Assembly (NCBI GenBank): GCA_024687185.1
Contig: JAILEX010000029.1
Coordinates: forward strand, 1 to 51,414
Origin: Bacilli bacterium
Lineage (GTDB): Bacteria; Bacillota_I; Bacilli_A; RFN20; CAG-826
DNA: 51,414 nucleotides
Direction: 5' to 3'
The translations under genes were made by a program, and so were the position numbers. The notes under the pieces are model-generated. The model saw nothing but the letters and a program-made list of their open reading frames with translations. It was not told where the DNA came from and ran no database searches. Of this stretch, positions 31,386 to 39,059 are shown piece by piece (within the stretch, counting starts at the first letter, position 1; each line of letters opens with the position of its first letter).

Positions 31386-32492
31386 ATGAAAATCACTACT
31401 ATCGTCATTACCGGCGGACCCTGTGCTGGCAAAACCACCGCTATGAGCTGGGTGCAAAACGCCTTTAGCTCCTTAGGCTATGCCGTCCTTTTCGTTCCAG
31501 AAACGGCTACCGAACTAATCACCGGGGGCGTCGCCCCTTGGACCTGCGGCACTAACTGTGACTATCAAAAAGGGCAGGTTAGGCTACAACTAGAGAAGGA
31601 AAGCGTATTCCTAGAAGCCGCGAAGACGATGAACGCGGAAAAGGTTTTGATCGTCTGCGATAGGGGCTGCATGGATAACCTTGCTTATATGAATGACGAG
31701 GAATTCCAAGAGGTTTTGAAATACGTTGGCAAAACCGAGGAAGAACTAAAGAATAGGTATGACGCGGTATTTCATCTTGTCACCGCGGCCAAAGGCGCCG
31801 AGGAATTCTATTCGACCAACAATAACGCGGCTAGGACCGAAACCGTGGATGAGGCGTCCCGCATCGACGACAAACTAATCTCCTGTTGGAGTGGCCACCC
31901 CCATCTACGCGTCATCGATAATTCCGTTGAGTTCCAGCTTAAGATGAAGCGCCTAATCGGCGAAATCGCCTCTTTCCTAGGCGAGAAGGCTCCGTTTGAA
32001 TTCAATAGGAAGTTCCTTATCAAATACCCCGACATCAAGTGGCTTGAATCCTTGCCGGACTCTCACCGCATCGAAATCGTCCAAACTCACCTCAATAGCA
32101 CCAATAACCTTTCCGAAGTCCGTCTTCGCGAAAGGGGAATCGATGGCAACTTCGTCTATTATCAGACAATGAGGAAAGTCATCGGAGACGGGCAAAGCGT
32201 CGAGATCGAAAAAAGGCTTTCCCAAGAGGAATACCTCGAACTTTTATGGGAGGCAGATGCCAGAAAGCCACAAATCAGAAAGACGAGGTACTGTGTCTCC
32301 TTCAAGGGCCTATTCTTCGAAATCGACCTCTATCCCTATTGGAACGAGAAAGCCGTTTTGGAGGTTTCCTTCAATCCTGGAAGGAAGGCGCTAAAGTTCC
32401 CGGAGGAAATCGAAGTGATGCGCGAAGTCACCGACGATCCCGCTTTCTCTGACGTTAGGCTTGCCGCCCACCGCATTCCGAAAAACCGCTAA
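31386..32492 (+). CDS. NadR/Ttd14-type P-loop (AAA_28) domain fused to CYTH-like domain
   Basis: TGGPCAGKTT, VPETA, CDRG; C-terminal EFNRKFLI...RLRERG...IRKTRY...FEID. Start at ATG 31386 after AAAGGA. Confidence 0.85.
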   Translation: MKITTIVITGGPCAGKTTAMSWVQNAFSSLGYAVLFVPETATELITGGVAPWTCGTNCDYQKGQVRLQLEKESVFLEAAKTMNAEKVLIVCDRGCMDNLAYMNDEEFQEVLKYVGKTEEELKNRYDAVFHLVTAAKGAEEFYSTNNNAARTETVDEASRIDDKLISCWSGHPHLRVIDNSVEFQLKMKRLIGEIASFLGEKAPFEFNRKFLIKYPDIKWLESLPDSHRIEIVQTHLNSTNNLSEVRLRERGIDGNFVYYQTMRKVIGDGQSVEIEKRLSQEEYLELLWEADARKPQIRKTRYCVSFKGLFFEIDLYPYWNEKAVLEVSFNPGRKALKFPEEIEVMREVTDDPAFSDVRLAAHRIPKNR

Positions 32493-32526
32493 AACCACGG
32501 TTTAAAAGAAGTAAAAACCCATTAAA

Positions 32527-32569
32527 CAAAGAAAGGCGCCCGCTTGTTTGAACGGGCGCCCTCCTTTTT
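32527..32569. terminator. Bidirectional terminator between convergent genes
   Basis: GGCGCCCG (32535-32542) / CGGGCGCC (32553-32560) stem with A-rich and T-rich flanks. Confidence 0.75.
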
Positions 32570-34527
32570 CATTCGTCGCTATCGTCGCCGGCCTTCCAGT
32601 TGAAGGAGGGGAAGTCAAACGGTAGTTCGGAGGAGGATTCCTTGGTTTCTTCTTCCGATTCGATCTCCTCGATCTCCTCTTCTTCGTCCTCTTCGTCTAG
32701 ATCGACGCTAAGGCCTTCTTCCTTCTTGTAGGTACGAACGCCTTTGTAGGTATGTTCTTCGTCATTTGGAAGAATGGAGTTGAACGGGGCGAAGTCCCTA
32801 ACCGCGTATTCGTCGCGGAAGTCTTCGAAGTAGCCGTATTTGGCACAGACATAGCTTCTGATATATCCGCCTTTAACAACGGGGGAATAGATCCTCTTGA
32901 TGAAGATCTCGCCCGGCTTAATTAGGTCTAGGTCGGAAGTTGGGACGACTGGGACGGTTGTCCAGCTATAGGTTCCCTTGATCAGCGATTCATAGGAACG
33001 GATCGTCTTGGAGCCGCATTCATCGGAGAAACGTTTCTTGGTAAGCATCGATTGCGATCCCAAAAACGCCTGCTGGTTGCAGTTATCGATAACGATCTGG
33101 GCGCCTTCTTTGCCATAGACCAAATCGATTTGCTCATAGGATTGGACGAAGAGGTGGAACCAGATTTTGCGCGACCTCGCGGTTGCGATCTTGTTTTCGA
33201 AGTCGGGGATCTTGGGGATGTTGCCGAATTCGTCCAAAAGGAAATGGGTATCCCTTACCAAAGGCTCGTTCTCGTCGTTTTTGGGCGCGTTTTCCGCCTT
33301 TAGCAAAGTCTGGCGGTAGACCCAATCGACGAAGGTCGCGGCGATGGTGAAATCGCTTTTGTCATAATCCCTTGTGGCGATGAAGATCGCAAAGGGGGCG
33401 CTATCGTCTTCGATGTTGATGGTGGTGCCGGAGGTGATGAAGAAGATGTGGCCCGAGAACCATGGGGTCATGCGCGATTCGAATGTGCTTAGGAAGCCTT
33501 TCATTGTGCCATCGGCGGTTTGGGTGACGGCGTGTAGTTTTTCCAAAACCTCCAACGGTCTTCCTTCCTCTAGTTTGGCGAGCTTTCTTTTGGCGTCTTG
33601 GTTATTGGAGGTGCAGGCCGTGCGGATCATGCCGAAGGTATCGGAGACCGTCTTAAGGGTAAACATGTCCTTGGTCAGTTTTTTCTTTTCGTCTAGGGCA
33701 TCATAGAAAAGAAGCATCAATATGGCGAAAAGCAATCCTCTGCTTCCCTCTTCCCAAACGGGGTCCTTGTTGCTTTGGACGGGAATCATGGAGGAGGCGA
33801 ACTGATTGGCCAAAGAAGTCGCCTTGGAGATAAGGGAGAACTTCTCCACGTCGATGGAGGCCATAAGCATGTTCTTGGAAGGATATGCCTTTCCCTCATA
33901 TTCGTAATAGGAGGATTTGTATTCTGCTTCTGGGACGACCAAAGTCACCTTGGAATCGGGCTTTCCCGCAACTTGCCTTATCCCCTTTCCGATTTTCCTA
34001 ATGTCGGAAACGAGGTTATATAGTTCTTCTAGTGGGTTCCATCTATGGGTTTTGGTGAAGTCTTTGAAGTTAAGGACGAATAGGTTATATCCCATCTTCT
34101 TTAGGTGACGGGCGTTATGGTTGAATAGTTCGCCTTTGGGGTCGGTGATAAAGAGGTTAGGTTTGTTTTTCTGCGAGGAAACGGCCCTGATTTGGGGTTC
34201 CATGCACCCCGTGGTTTTGCCGCTACCGGTCGTGCCGACATAAAGCTCGTGGTAATTCTTCATGAAGGCATAACGCAACTTGCATTTGGCCTTTTTCTCT
34301 TCGGGAAGCGCCAAAAATTCGTCGGTGGAATAGGTCTTGCCCCTGTTATCGACAAAGTCGCTGCAGAAGGGGAAGCCTTTGATCTCGGTCTTTGGGAGGT
34401 CTTTGTAGTCGACGTAGGTAACGTCTTTTTCCGGTAAATCGCGATAATCGATGATCCTGCCGTCTTCTAGGTTTTCCTTGATGTAGCTTTCGGCGGATAG
34501 CGATGAAAATGTTTTGTACTGAGCCAT
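32569..34527 (-). CDS. VirD4/TraG-like type IV coupling-protein family ATPase without N-terminal TM anchor
   Basis: HELYVGTTGSGKT (Walker A), ITDPKGEL, RWNPL, LLDEFGNIP (Walker B), ATARSR, VQSYEQI; acidic C-terminal tail. Confidence 0.88.
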   Translation of the reverse strand: MAQYKTFSSLSAESYIKENLEDGRIIDYRDLPEKDVTYVDYKDLPKTEIKGFPFCSDFVDNRGKTYSTDEFLALPEEKKAKCKLRYAFMKNYHELYVGTTGSGKTTGCMEPQIRAVSSQKNKPNLFITDPKGELFNHNARHLKKMGYNLFVLNFKDFTKTHRWNPLEELYNLVSDIRKIGKGIRQVAGKPDSKVTLVVPEAEYKSSYYEYEGKAYPSKNMLMASIDVEKFSLISKATSLANQFASSMIPVQSNKDPVWEEGSRGLLFAILMLLFYDALDEKKKLTKDMFTLKTVSDTFGMIRTACTSNNQDAKRKLAKLEEGRPLEVLEKLHAVTQTADGTMKGFLSTFESRMTPWFSGHIFFITSGTTINIEDDSAPFAIFIATRDYDKSDFTIAATFVDWVYRQTLLKAENAPKNDENEPLVRDTHFLLDEFGNIPKIPDFENKIATARSRKIWFHLFVQSYEQIDLVYGKEGAQIVIDNCNQQAFLGSQSMLTKKRFSDECGSKTIRSYESLIKGTYSWTTVPVVPTSDLDLIKPGEIFIKRIYSPVVKGGYIRSYVCAKYGYFEDFRDEYAVRDFAPFNSILPNDEEHTYKGVRTYKKEEGLSVDLDEEDEEEEIEEIESEEETKESSSELPFDFPSFNWKAGDDSDE

Positions 34528-34530
34528 GTT

Positions 34531-35439
34531 TTATTCCTCGTCGATGCGGAAGCCAAACCCTTTGCTGGGCGCGACGGTGGGATTGGAGGCTTCTTTCCAA
34601 TCGCCGTTTTGGTAGTGGTTGATGTAATTCATCTTGGTGCGGTAGTCGATGGAGGGCAAAAGCATGATTTCCACGAAGGAATAATCGATGGAATAACGCC
34701 CTAGTCCCAAGACGATATCTTGCTTGATGGAGGAAATGAGGGCGAATTCCGTCTTCGCCTTCTCGCTTGCTTTGATCTCGCTAGGCAAAACCGTGATGCC
34801 TTCCTGGATATAGGGAGAAAGGGAAACGAGTTCCTTTAGTAGCTCTTCCTCTTCTTTCTTGCCAAGTTCCTTATAGGCAAGGGAAAGCAGCCTCAAGGAA
34901 AGTGCATCGCCCCAATAGGCGCACTGGATGAGCCTTCTTATGCCGGCATCTTTGTCTTTGCTGCATCCAATCCCTAGGAAAAGCATCATGCCGACCAGGC
35001 GGTTGATGGCGAGGAAGCCATTGCTTGCGACTATCTTTAATTCCCTTAGCCTCATGGACGCGCTATAGGCCAAATAGTTCTCATAAGAGAACCAAGACGG
35101 GTTGATTTCCGGGCATTTGGACCTAGAGATAAGCTGGAGGGAATGGATGACGTCACATTTGGTTTGGAACAAAAGGACATCCCCTTTGTCGATTCCGGCC
35201 TTATCGGTGGCATAGAAGCCCGCGATATCGCTTTCGATTCCGATGGCGGGAAGCTTCTCGGAGATGATTTTAACGCACCCATCTATCAGTTCTTCGCTAA
35301 ATCCATAGGATTGCCCAATGAATTCGACGAGCTTTTTTATGTCTGTGCTTGGCTCGTCGGTGGGGCTATTGGACAAAGCGGTGGCGGCCTCTACCATGTA
35401 GTAGAAGGCGTCGTAGTTCTTTTCGATTTCCTTAATCAT
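34531..35439 (-). CDS. Hypothetical protein with a SEL1-like repeat and C-terminal KGFGF motif
   Basis: VGMMLFLGIGCSKDKDAGIRRLIQCAYWGD matches the SEL1 pattern; ATG abuts the clpP stop (TAAATG). Confidence 0.7.
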   Translation of the reverse strand: MIKEIEKNYDAFYYMVEAATALSNSPTDEPSTDIKKLVEFIGQSYGFSEELIDGCVKIISEKLPAIGIESDIAGFYATDKAGIDKGDVLLFQTKCDVIHSLQLISRSKCPEINPSWFSYENYLAYSASMRLRELKIVASNGFLAINRLVGMMLFLGIGCSKDKDAGIRRLIQCAYWGDALSLRLLSLAYKELGKKEEEELLKELVSLSPYIQEGITVLPSEIKASEKAKTEFALISSIKQDIVLGLGRYSIDYSFVEIMLLPSIDYRTKMNYINHYQNGDWKEASNPTVAPSKGFGFRIDEE

Positions 35440-35982
35440 TTACTTTTTCTCCCCTTTGTTGGATTTGGTGATTTTGTCGATGAGTCCGTATTCCTTGGCT
35501 TCTATGGCGCTCATCCAATTGTCCCTTTCGCAATCCGCGTGGATGACTTCGAGGGGTTTGCCGGTATTTTCGGAAAGCACCTTCTCGAGGGTATTGCGGT
35601 TTTTGGTGAGGCTTTCGGCTATTTTCTCTATCGCCCTTTGCGAATCCGCGAAGGAGCGTTCGTTGCCTAGTAGGGGCTGATGGATGAGGATCCTGCTATG
35701 GGGCAAGGCGTAACGATGGCCTTTCTCGCCGCAAGAGAGCAAGAATGCACCCATGGAGGCGGCCATGCCATAGCAAACCGTATAAACCGGGGCGGAGATA
35801 TTTTGGATCGTATCGTAGATGGCCAAACCGTGGATGATGTTTCCGCCAGGGGAATTGATATACAAGGAGATGGGTTTGGTTTCGTCTTGGGCGTTGAAGT
35901 CAAGTAGGCGTAAGACGACGTCCATGGCGCTAGATTCGTTAACTTCGCCGACTAGGAATATGATTCTGGGTTCGTTTTCCAT
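35440..35982 (-). CDS. clpP: ClpP-family serine peptidase subunit, catalytic triad intact, N-terminally short
   Basis: YINSPGG, GMAASMG (Ser), IHQP (His), ERDNWM (Asp), EYGLID. Confidence 0.93.
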   Translation of the reverse strand: MENEPRIIFLVGEVNESSAMDVVLRLLDFNAQDETKPISLYINSPGGNIIHGLAIYDTIQNISAPVYTVCYGMAASMGAFLLSCGEKGHRYALPHSRILIHQPLLGNERSFADSQRAIEKIAESLTKNRNTLEKVLSENTGKPLEVIHADCERDNWMSAIEAKEYGLIDKITKSNKGEKK

Positions 35983-35993
35983 TGCTTTTCTCC

Positions 35994-36527
35994 TTAGATG
36001 ACCTTGTCCACGATTCCAAAGGCGACCGCGTTTTCTCCGGTTAGGATCTCGTTATTGTCGATTGCCTTTTGGATTTCCTCTAGGGGTTTGCCCGTATGCT
36101 CGGATAAAACGGCTTCTAATGCCGCCCTTTCCTCGCGCGCTTCCTCAACCTCGATTAGGGTTTCGGTCTGTTGGACCCTTGGCTTAAGGACGACGAGGGG
36201 CTGGATGAACTGGATTTCCGAGTTCTTGAGCATGAAACGCTTTCCCTTCGTGCAACTTGCAAGGATCGCGAGCGCATATCCCCCAACCGCGCCGATAACA
36301 TAGCACTCGATTGGGTTGGATAAGGATTCGATGACGTCGACTATCGCCATGGCGTCGGTGTAATAATGTGAGACGGAGGCGATATAGATCCTTATGGGTG
36401 CCGTCGAGCTCGACTCGGATAAAACAAGCAGGCTGCTGATGACGTTGCTTGCAACTCCCGCATCGATTTCCCCTTCAATGGTTATGATGCGGTTTCGAAA
36501 AAGTTTTTCTGAAAATGATTTGTCCAT
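35994..36527 (-). CDS. Non-catalytic ClpP homologue (ClpR-like)
   Basis: ClpP fold landmarks (RIITIEGEI, TKGKRF, HTGKPLEEI, AVAFGIVD) are present, but the triad positions read Gly/Ile/Asn. Start ATG 36527 after AAGGAG. Confidence 0.82.
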   Translation of the reverse strand: MDKSFSEKLFRNRIITIEGEIDAGVASNVISSLLVLSESSSTAPIRIYIASVSHYYTDAMAIVDVIESLSNPIECYVIGAVGGYALAILASCTKGKRFMLKNSEIQFIQPLVVLKPRVQQTETLIEVEEAREERAALEAVLSEHTGKPLEEIQKAIDNNEILTGENAVAFGIVDKVI

Positions 36528-36535
36528 TAAAAACA

Positions 36536-36614
36536 CTCCTTTGACGCAAAGGAGGAAGCCTAGCTGCGCTTACCCCCGCTGCGCCGTTTTGGTTTTACCA
36601 AAATAAGTATATCA
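36536..36614 (-). promoter_or_regulatory. Extended -10 promoter and structured leader of the clp-VirD4 operon
   Basis: TG-A-TATACT at 36614-36606; leader hairpins TTTTGGT-AAA-ACCAAAA and CTCCTTTG-CGT-CAAAGGAG, the latter containing the SD. Confidence 0.6.
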
Positions 36615-36816
36615 CCAAAAGATTTTGAAAAAACGCCAAAGAAGGGTCTTCCATCTTTCCGTATTTCGTTCTTAATTATTATGAAAGGCGCCCTCCATAA
36701 CATGTCCTGCAAACCATTTTTTCCACATAGAGTCTTAACTATAGATACTTAGTCTTATTTGATCCGGGTAATGTTAAGGGGGTCGTTTTTAGATTAATCA
36801 TGAGAAAGGATACGCA

Positions 36817-37170
36817 GTGGAAGTGAATCAAGAACAAACGGTCACGGCGTTAATCCTGCTTGCGCTAATGAAGAACCTAAAAGCATCGCGAGCAGGTCTT
36901 GCGCGCTATTTTCACGTCAACCCCTCATCCGTGTTTGCCTGGACGGAAAACTATTACGAACCAAGCCTGGCAAGCTGCATGAAGATCAAGGAGGTCACCA
37001 ACTTCAATCTTATCCGTGCATACGATATGACCGTCAGCGCCGGAGGCAAGGAAGCGATATTGGGAGATCTAAGCAAACTGGCTCCCTTCGACCCTAGGGA
37101 ACTCAGCGACAAAAGGCTGAAATTCCCCAAAAAGAGATATCCAAGATTAACCAACCTACCCGAAAACTGA
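36817..37170 (+). CDS. Cro/C1 (XRE)-type helix-turn-helix protein
   Basis: SRAGLARYFHVNPSSVFAWTENYYEP matches the XRE HTH pattern; GAAAGGA RBS before GTG. Confidence 0.7.
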   Translation: MEVNQEQTVTALILLALMKNLKASRAGLARYFHVNPSSVFAWTENYYEPSLASCMKIKEVTNFNLIRAYDMTVSAGGKEAILGDLSKLAPFDPRELSDKRLKFPKKRYPRLTNLPEN

Positions 37171-37346
37171 CATAAGAAACAAAGAATTGCAGGGTTTTTG
37201 GCTTCCCCTTTGCAAACTCTTTGTTCAAAAAAGGGGCAGGCCATAAAGGTTTTTGATTCCCCCAAAATAGGGGGAGGTGTCAATGAATCCGAAACTAGGT
37301 TATAATCTTTCTGCAAAGGAGGTATTACTAGAAAAGTAATAATTGT

Positions 37347-39041
37347 ATGTCAAACTACAAAGATGAGATGAAGTACTCATCGCTGGCCAAGATCATGTCC
37401 GGTATTGACTATGTGATCATCGATACTTGCTCATTGATGGAAGATTCCTTCCCCGAATGGTTGGATATCTTGGTAGAGACAAAAGAAGAATACTTGGATT
37501 CCGCTTTGCCGATTTATGTATTGGAGTCCAGCGTAAAAGAGCTGGAAAGGCTATCAAAGGACAAGAAGTCCGCCGATAAGAGAATCGCAGCAAAGCGCGC
37601 GCTACGCATCCTAAAGAAATCAAAGCGTCACAAAGTGGTTGATTTCGTAAACATCGGAGCGAACCTAGAAGAAAAAGCCAATGAATCCAAAGAAGGCGAA
37701 TACGAATTCGCCGATCCAAAGATTGTCTCCCTCATCAATCTATATCGAATCCAAAAGAATATCGTGGCGATCACCCAGGACAAGAAGCTTGCGTCCGACA
37801 TTTTAGGGTTGAGAAGCCAACAAAGCGTTCATGGTAGGGTCGTAAAGGTCTATAAGATCGATGAGAACGCGTCCCTTCAGCCAAACCTTGGCGAAGAAAG
37901 CGCGCCCGCCCGCAAACCAGCGAAGACTACGAAAAAAGAGGCTAAGAAGCCAGTCGAAACAAAACCCGCGCCCAAAAAGGCGCCCACTAAGCCCGCAAAG
38001 AAGGAAAAGGATGAAACCACGGCTTTGCTTGAGAAGGTTTTAGCCGCGGACAATAGGCTGCATTCCATTCTTTCTAACCCCACCTATCCTAACGATAAGA
38101 AGGTGGCCGATTTGAAAACCCAACTCGCCGACTTGGAAAAGTTAGGGGCGGAAAAGCTTGGGAACAACAAACTCAAGCATGATGCCAATTCCATTAAGGA
38201 AGACATCAAGCGTTTTGAATCCGTTCCCGCTCTCCCTCTAAAGGAAGAGAAACCCAAGGCCATCCCCATGAAGGAGCCTAAGCCCGTTACAAACGATAAG
38301 AAGGCGCAGAAGAAGGACCTATGGTATGAATACGGCCAAACCGTAGAGGACGCTTTCCGCAACGTCGGAAACCATTATGGCGTCGTCTTCCGTGACCCCA
38401 ACATCCCTTATGTCCCCAACGTCCATGGCCCAATCAATTTCACAAGCGACGACCTTTCCAAAATCGCCGCTTCCTTCGGGAATACCCTTAAGGAAGGGCA
38501 AAAGATCGTTAAGCAATACAAAACCGTGAACCTTATGGCGGAGAGAACGCAAAAGGGAATCAAAGCCTGGATCGACTTAGAACGCAAACTGATCGTCCTT
38601 CCTTCCGCTAAGTCGGTAGAACCGGTTAAGGAAGAGGCGAAGGAAGCTATTAAGACCGAAGAAAAGCCTAAGCAGGTCAAAAAGATAAAGAAACCCGCCG
38701 CAAAGAAGGAACAGCCTAAGGCCGAGGAAAACCCAAAGCCATCAAAAGAAAAGGCTGAAGCCCCGAAGGCGGAAAAGGCAAAGCCAACCCAAAAGAAGGC
38801 GAAGGAAGAAGAACCAAAGCCTGAGGCGGCAAAAACCAAAAAGCCAACCAAATTAGAGGAGACGATCGCCTCCGACAAAAGGCTAAAGGCCAATATCCAT
38901 AACCCCAATTATCCCAAAGCCCAAAAGCTGAAGGATGTCGAGGAGCAGATCGCCAGGGTCAAAAAGATTCCTCTTAAGGATAGGGGCGAGCTCAATTTCG
39001 GGCTCGATTCCTTAAAAGCGCTTCTTGAACTTTTGAAATAA
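37347..39041 (+). CDS. PIN-domain protein with K/P/E-rich linkers and an internal duplicated helical domain
   Basis: IIDTCSL, VKELE, ADPKI and ITQDKKL give the PIN acidic residues; two A.D.RL....NP.YP repeats. Confidence 0.75.
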   Translation: MSNYKDEMKYSSLAKIMSGIDYVIIDTCSLMEDSFPEWLDILVETKEEYLDSALPIYVLESSVKELERLSKDKKSADKRIAAKRALRILKKSKRHKVVDFVNIGANLEEKANESKEGEYEFADPKIVSLINLYRIQKNIVAITQDKKLASDILGLRSQQSVHGRVVKVYKIDENASLQPNLGEESAPARKPAKTTKKEAKKPVETKPAPKKAPTKPAKKEKDETTALLEKVLAADNRLHSILSNPTYPNDKKVADLKTQLADLEKLGAEKLGNNKLKHDANSIKEDIKRFESVPALPLKEEKPKAIPMKEPKPVTNDKKAQKKDLWYEYGQTVEDAFRNVGNHYGVVFRDPNIPYVPNVHGPINFTSDDLSKIAASFGNTLKEGQKIVKQYKTVNLMAERTQKGIKAWIDLERKLIVLPSAKSVEPVKEEAKEAIKTEEKPKQVKKIKKPAAKKEQPKAEENPKPSKEKAEAPKAEKAKPTQKKAKEEEPKPEAAKTKKPTKLEETIASDKRLKANIHNPNYPKAQKLKDVEEQIARVKKIPLKDRGELNFGLDSLKALLELLK

Positions 39042-39059
39042 AACGAGTACTTTTTGATT

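Noticed and set aside
35440-36527. Phage prohead Clp protease or ordinary housekeeping clpP1/clpP2
   Set aside because: No portal or capsid neighbours, no tig/clpX, no CtsR box seen, and one copy lacks the whole catalytic triad.
37890-38860. Possible tandem DNA repeats or CRISPR array in the A-rich stretch
   Set aside because: Low-complexity Lys/Glu/Pro coding sequence; no fixed-length repeat-spacer pattern here or elsewhere in the window.
32569-39041. Integrative conjugative element or prophage around the VirD4/XRE genes
   Set aside because: No integrase, relaxase, VirB4, att-like repeats, tRNA target or phage structural genes are visible, and codon style resembles the host.
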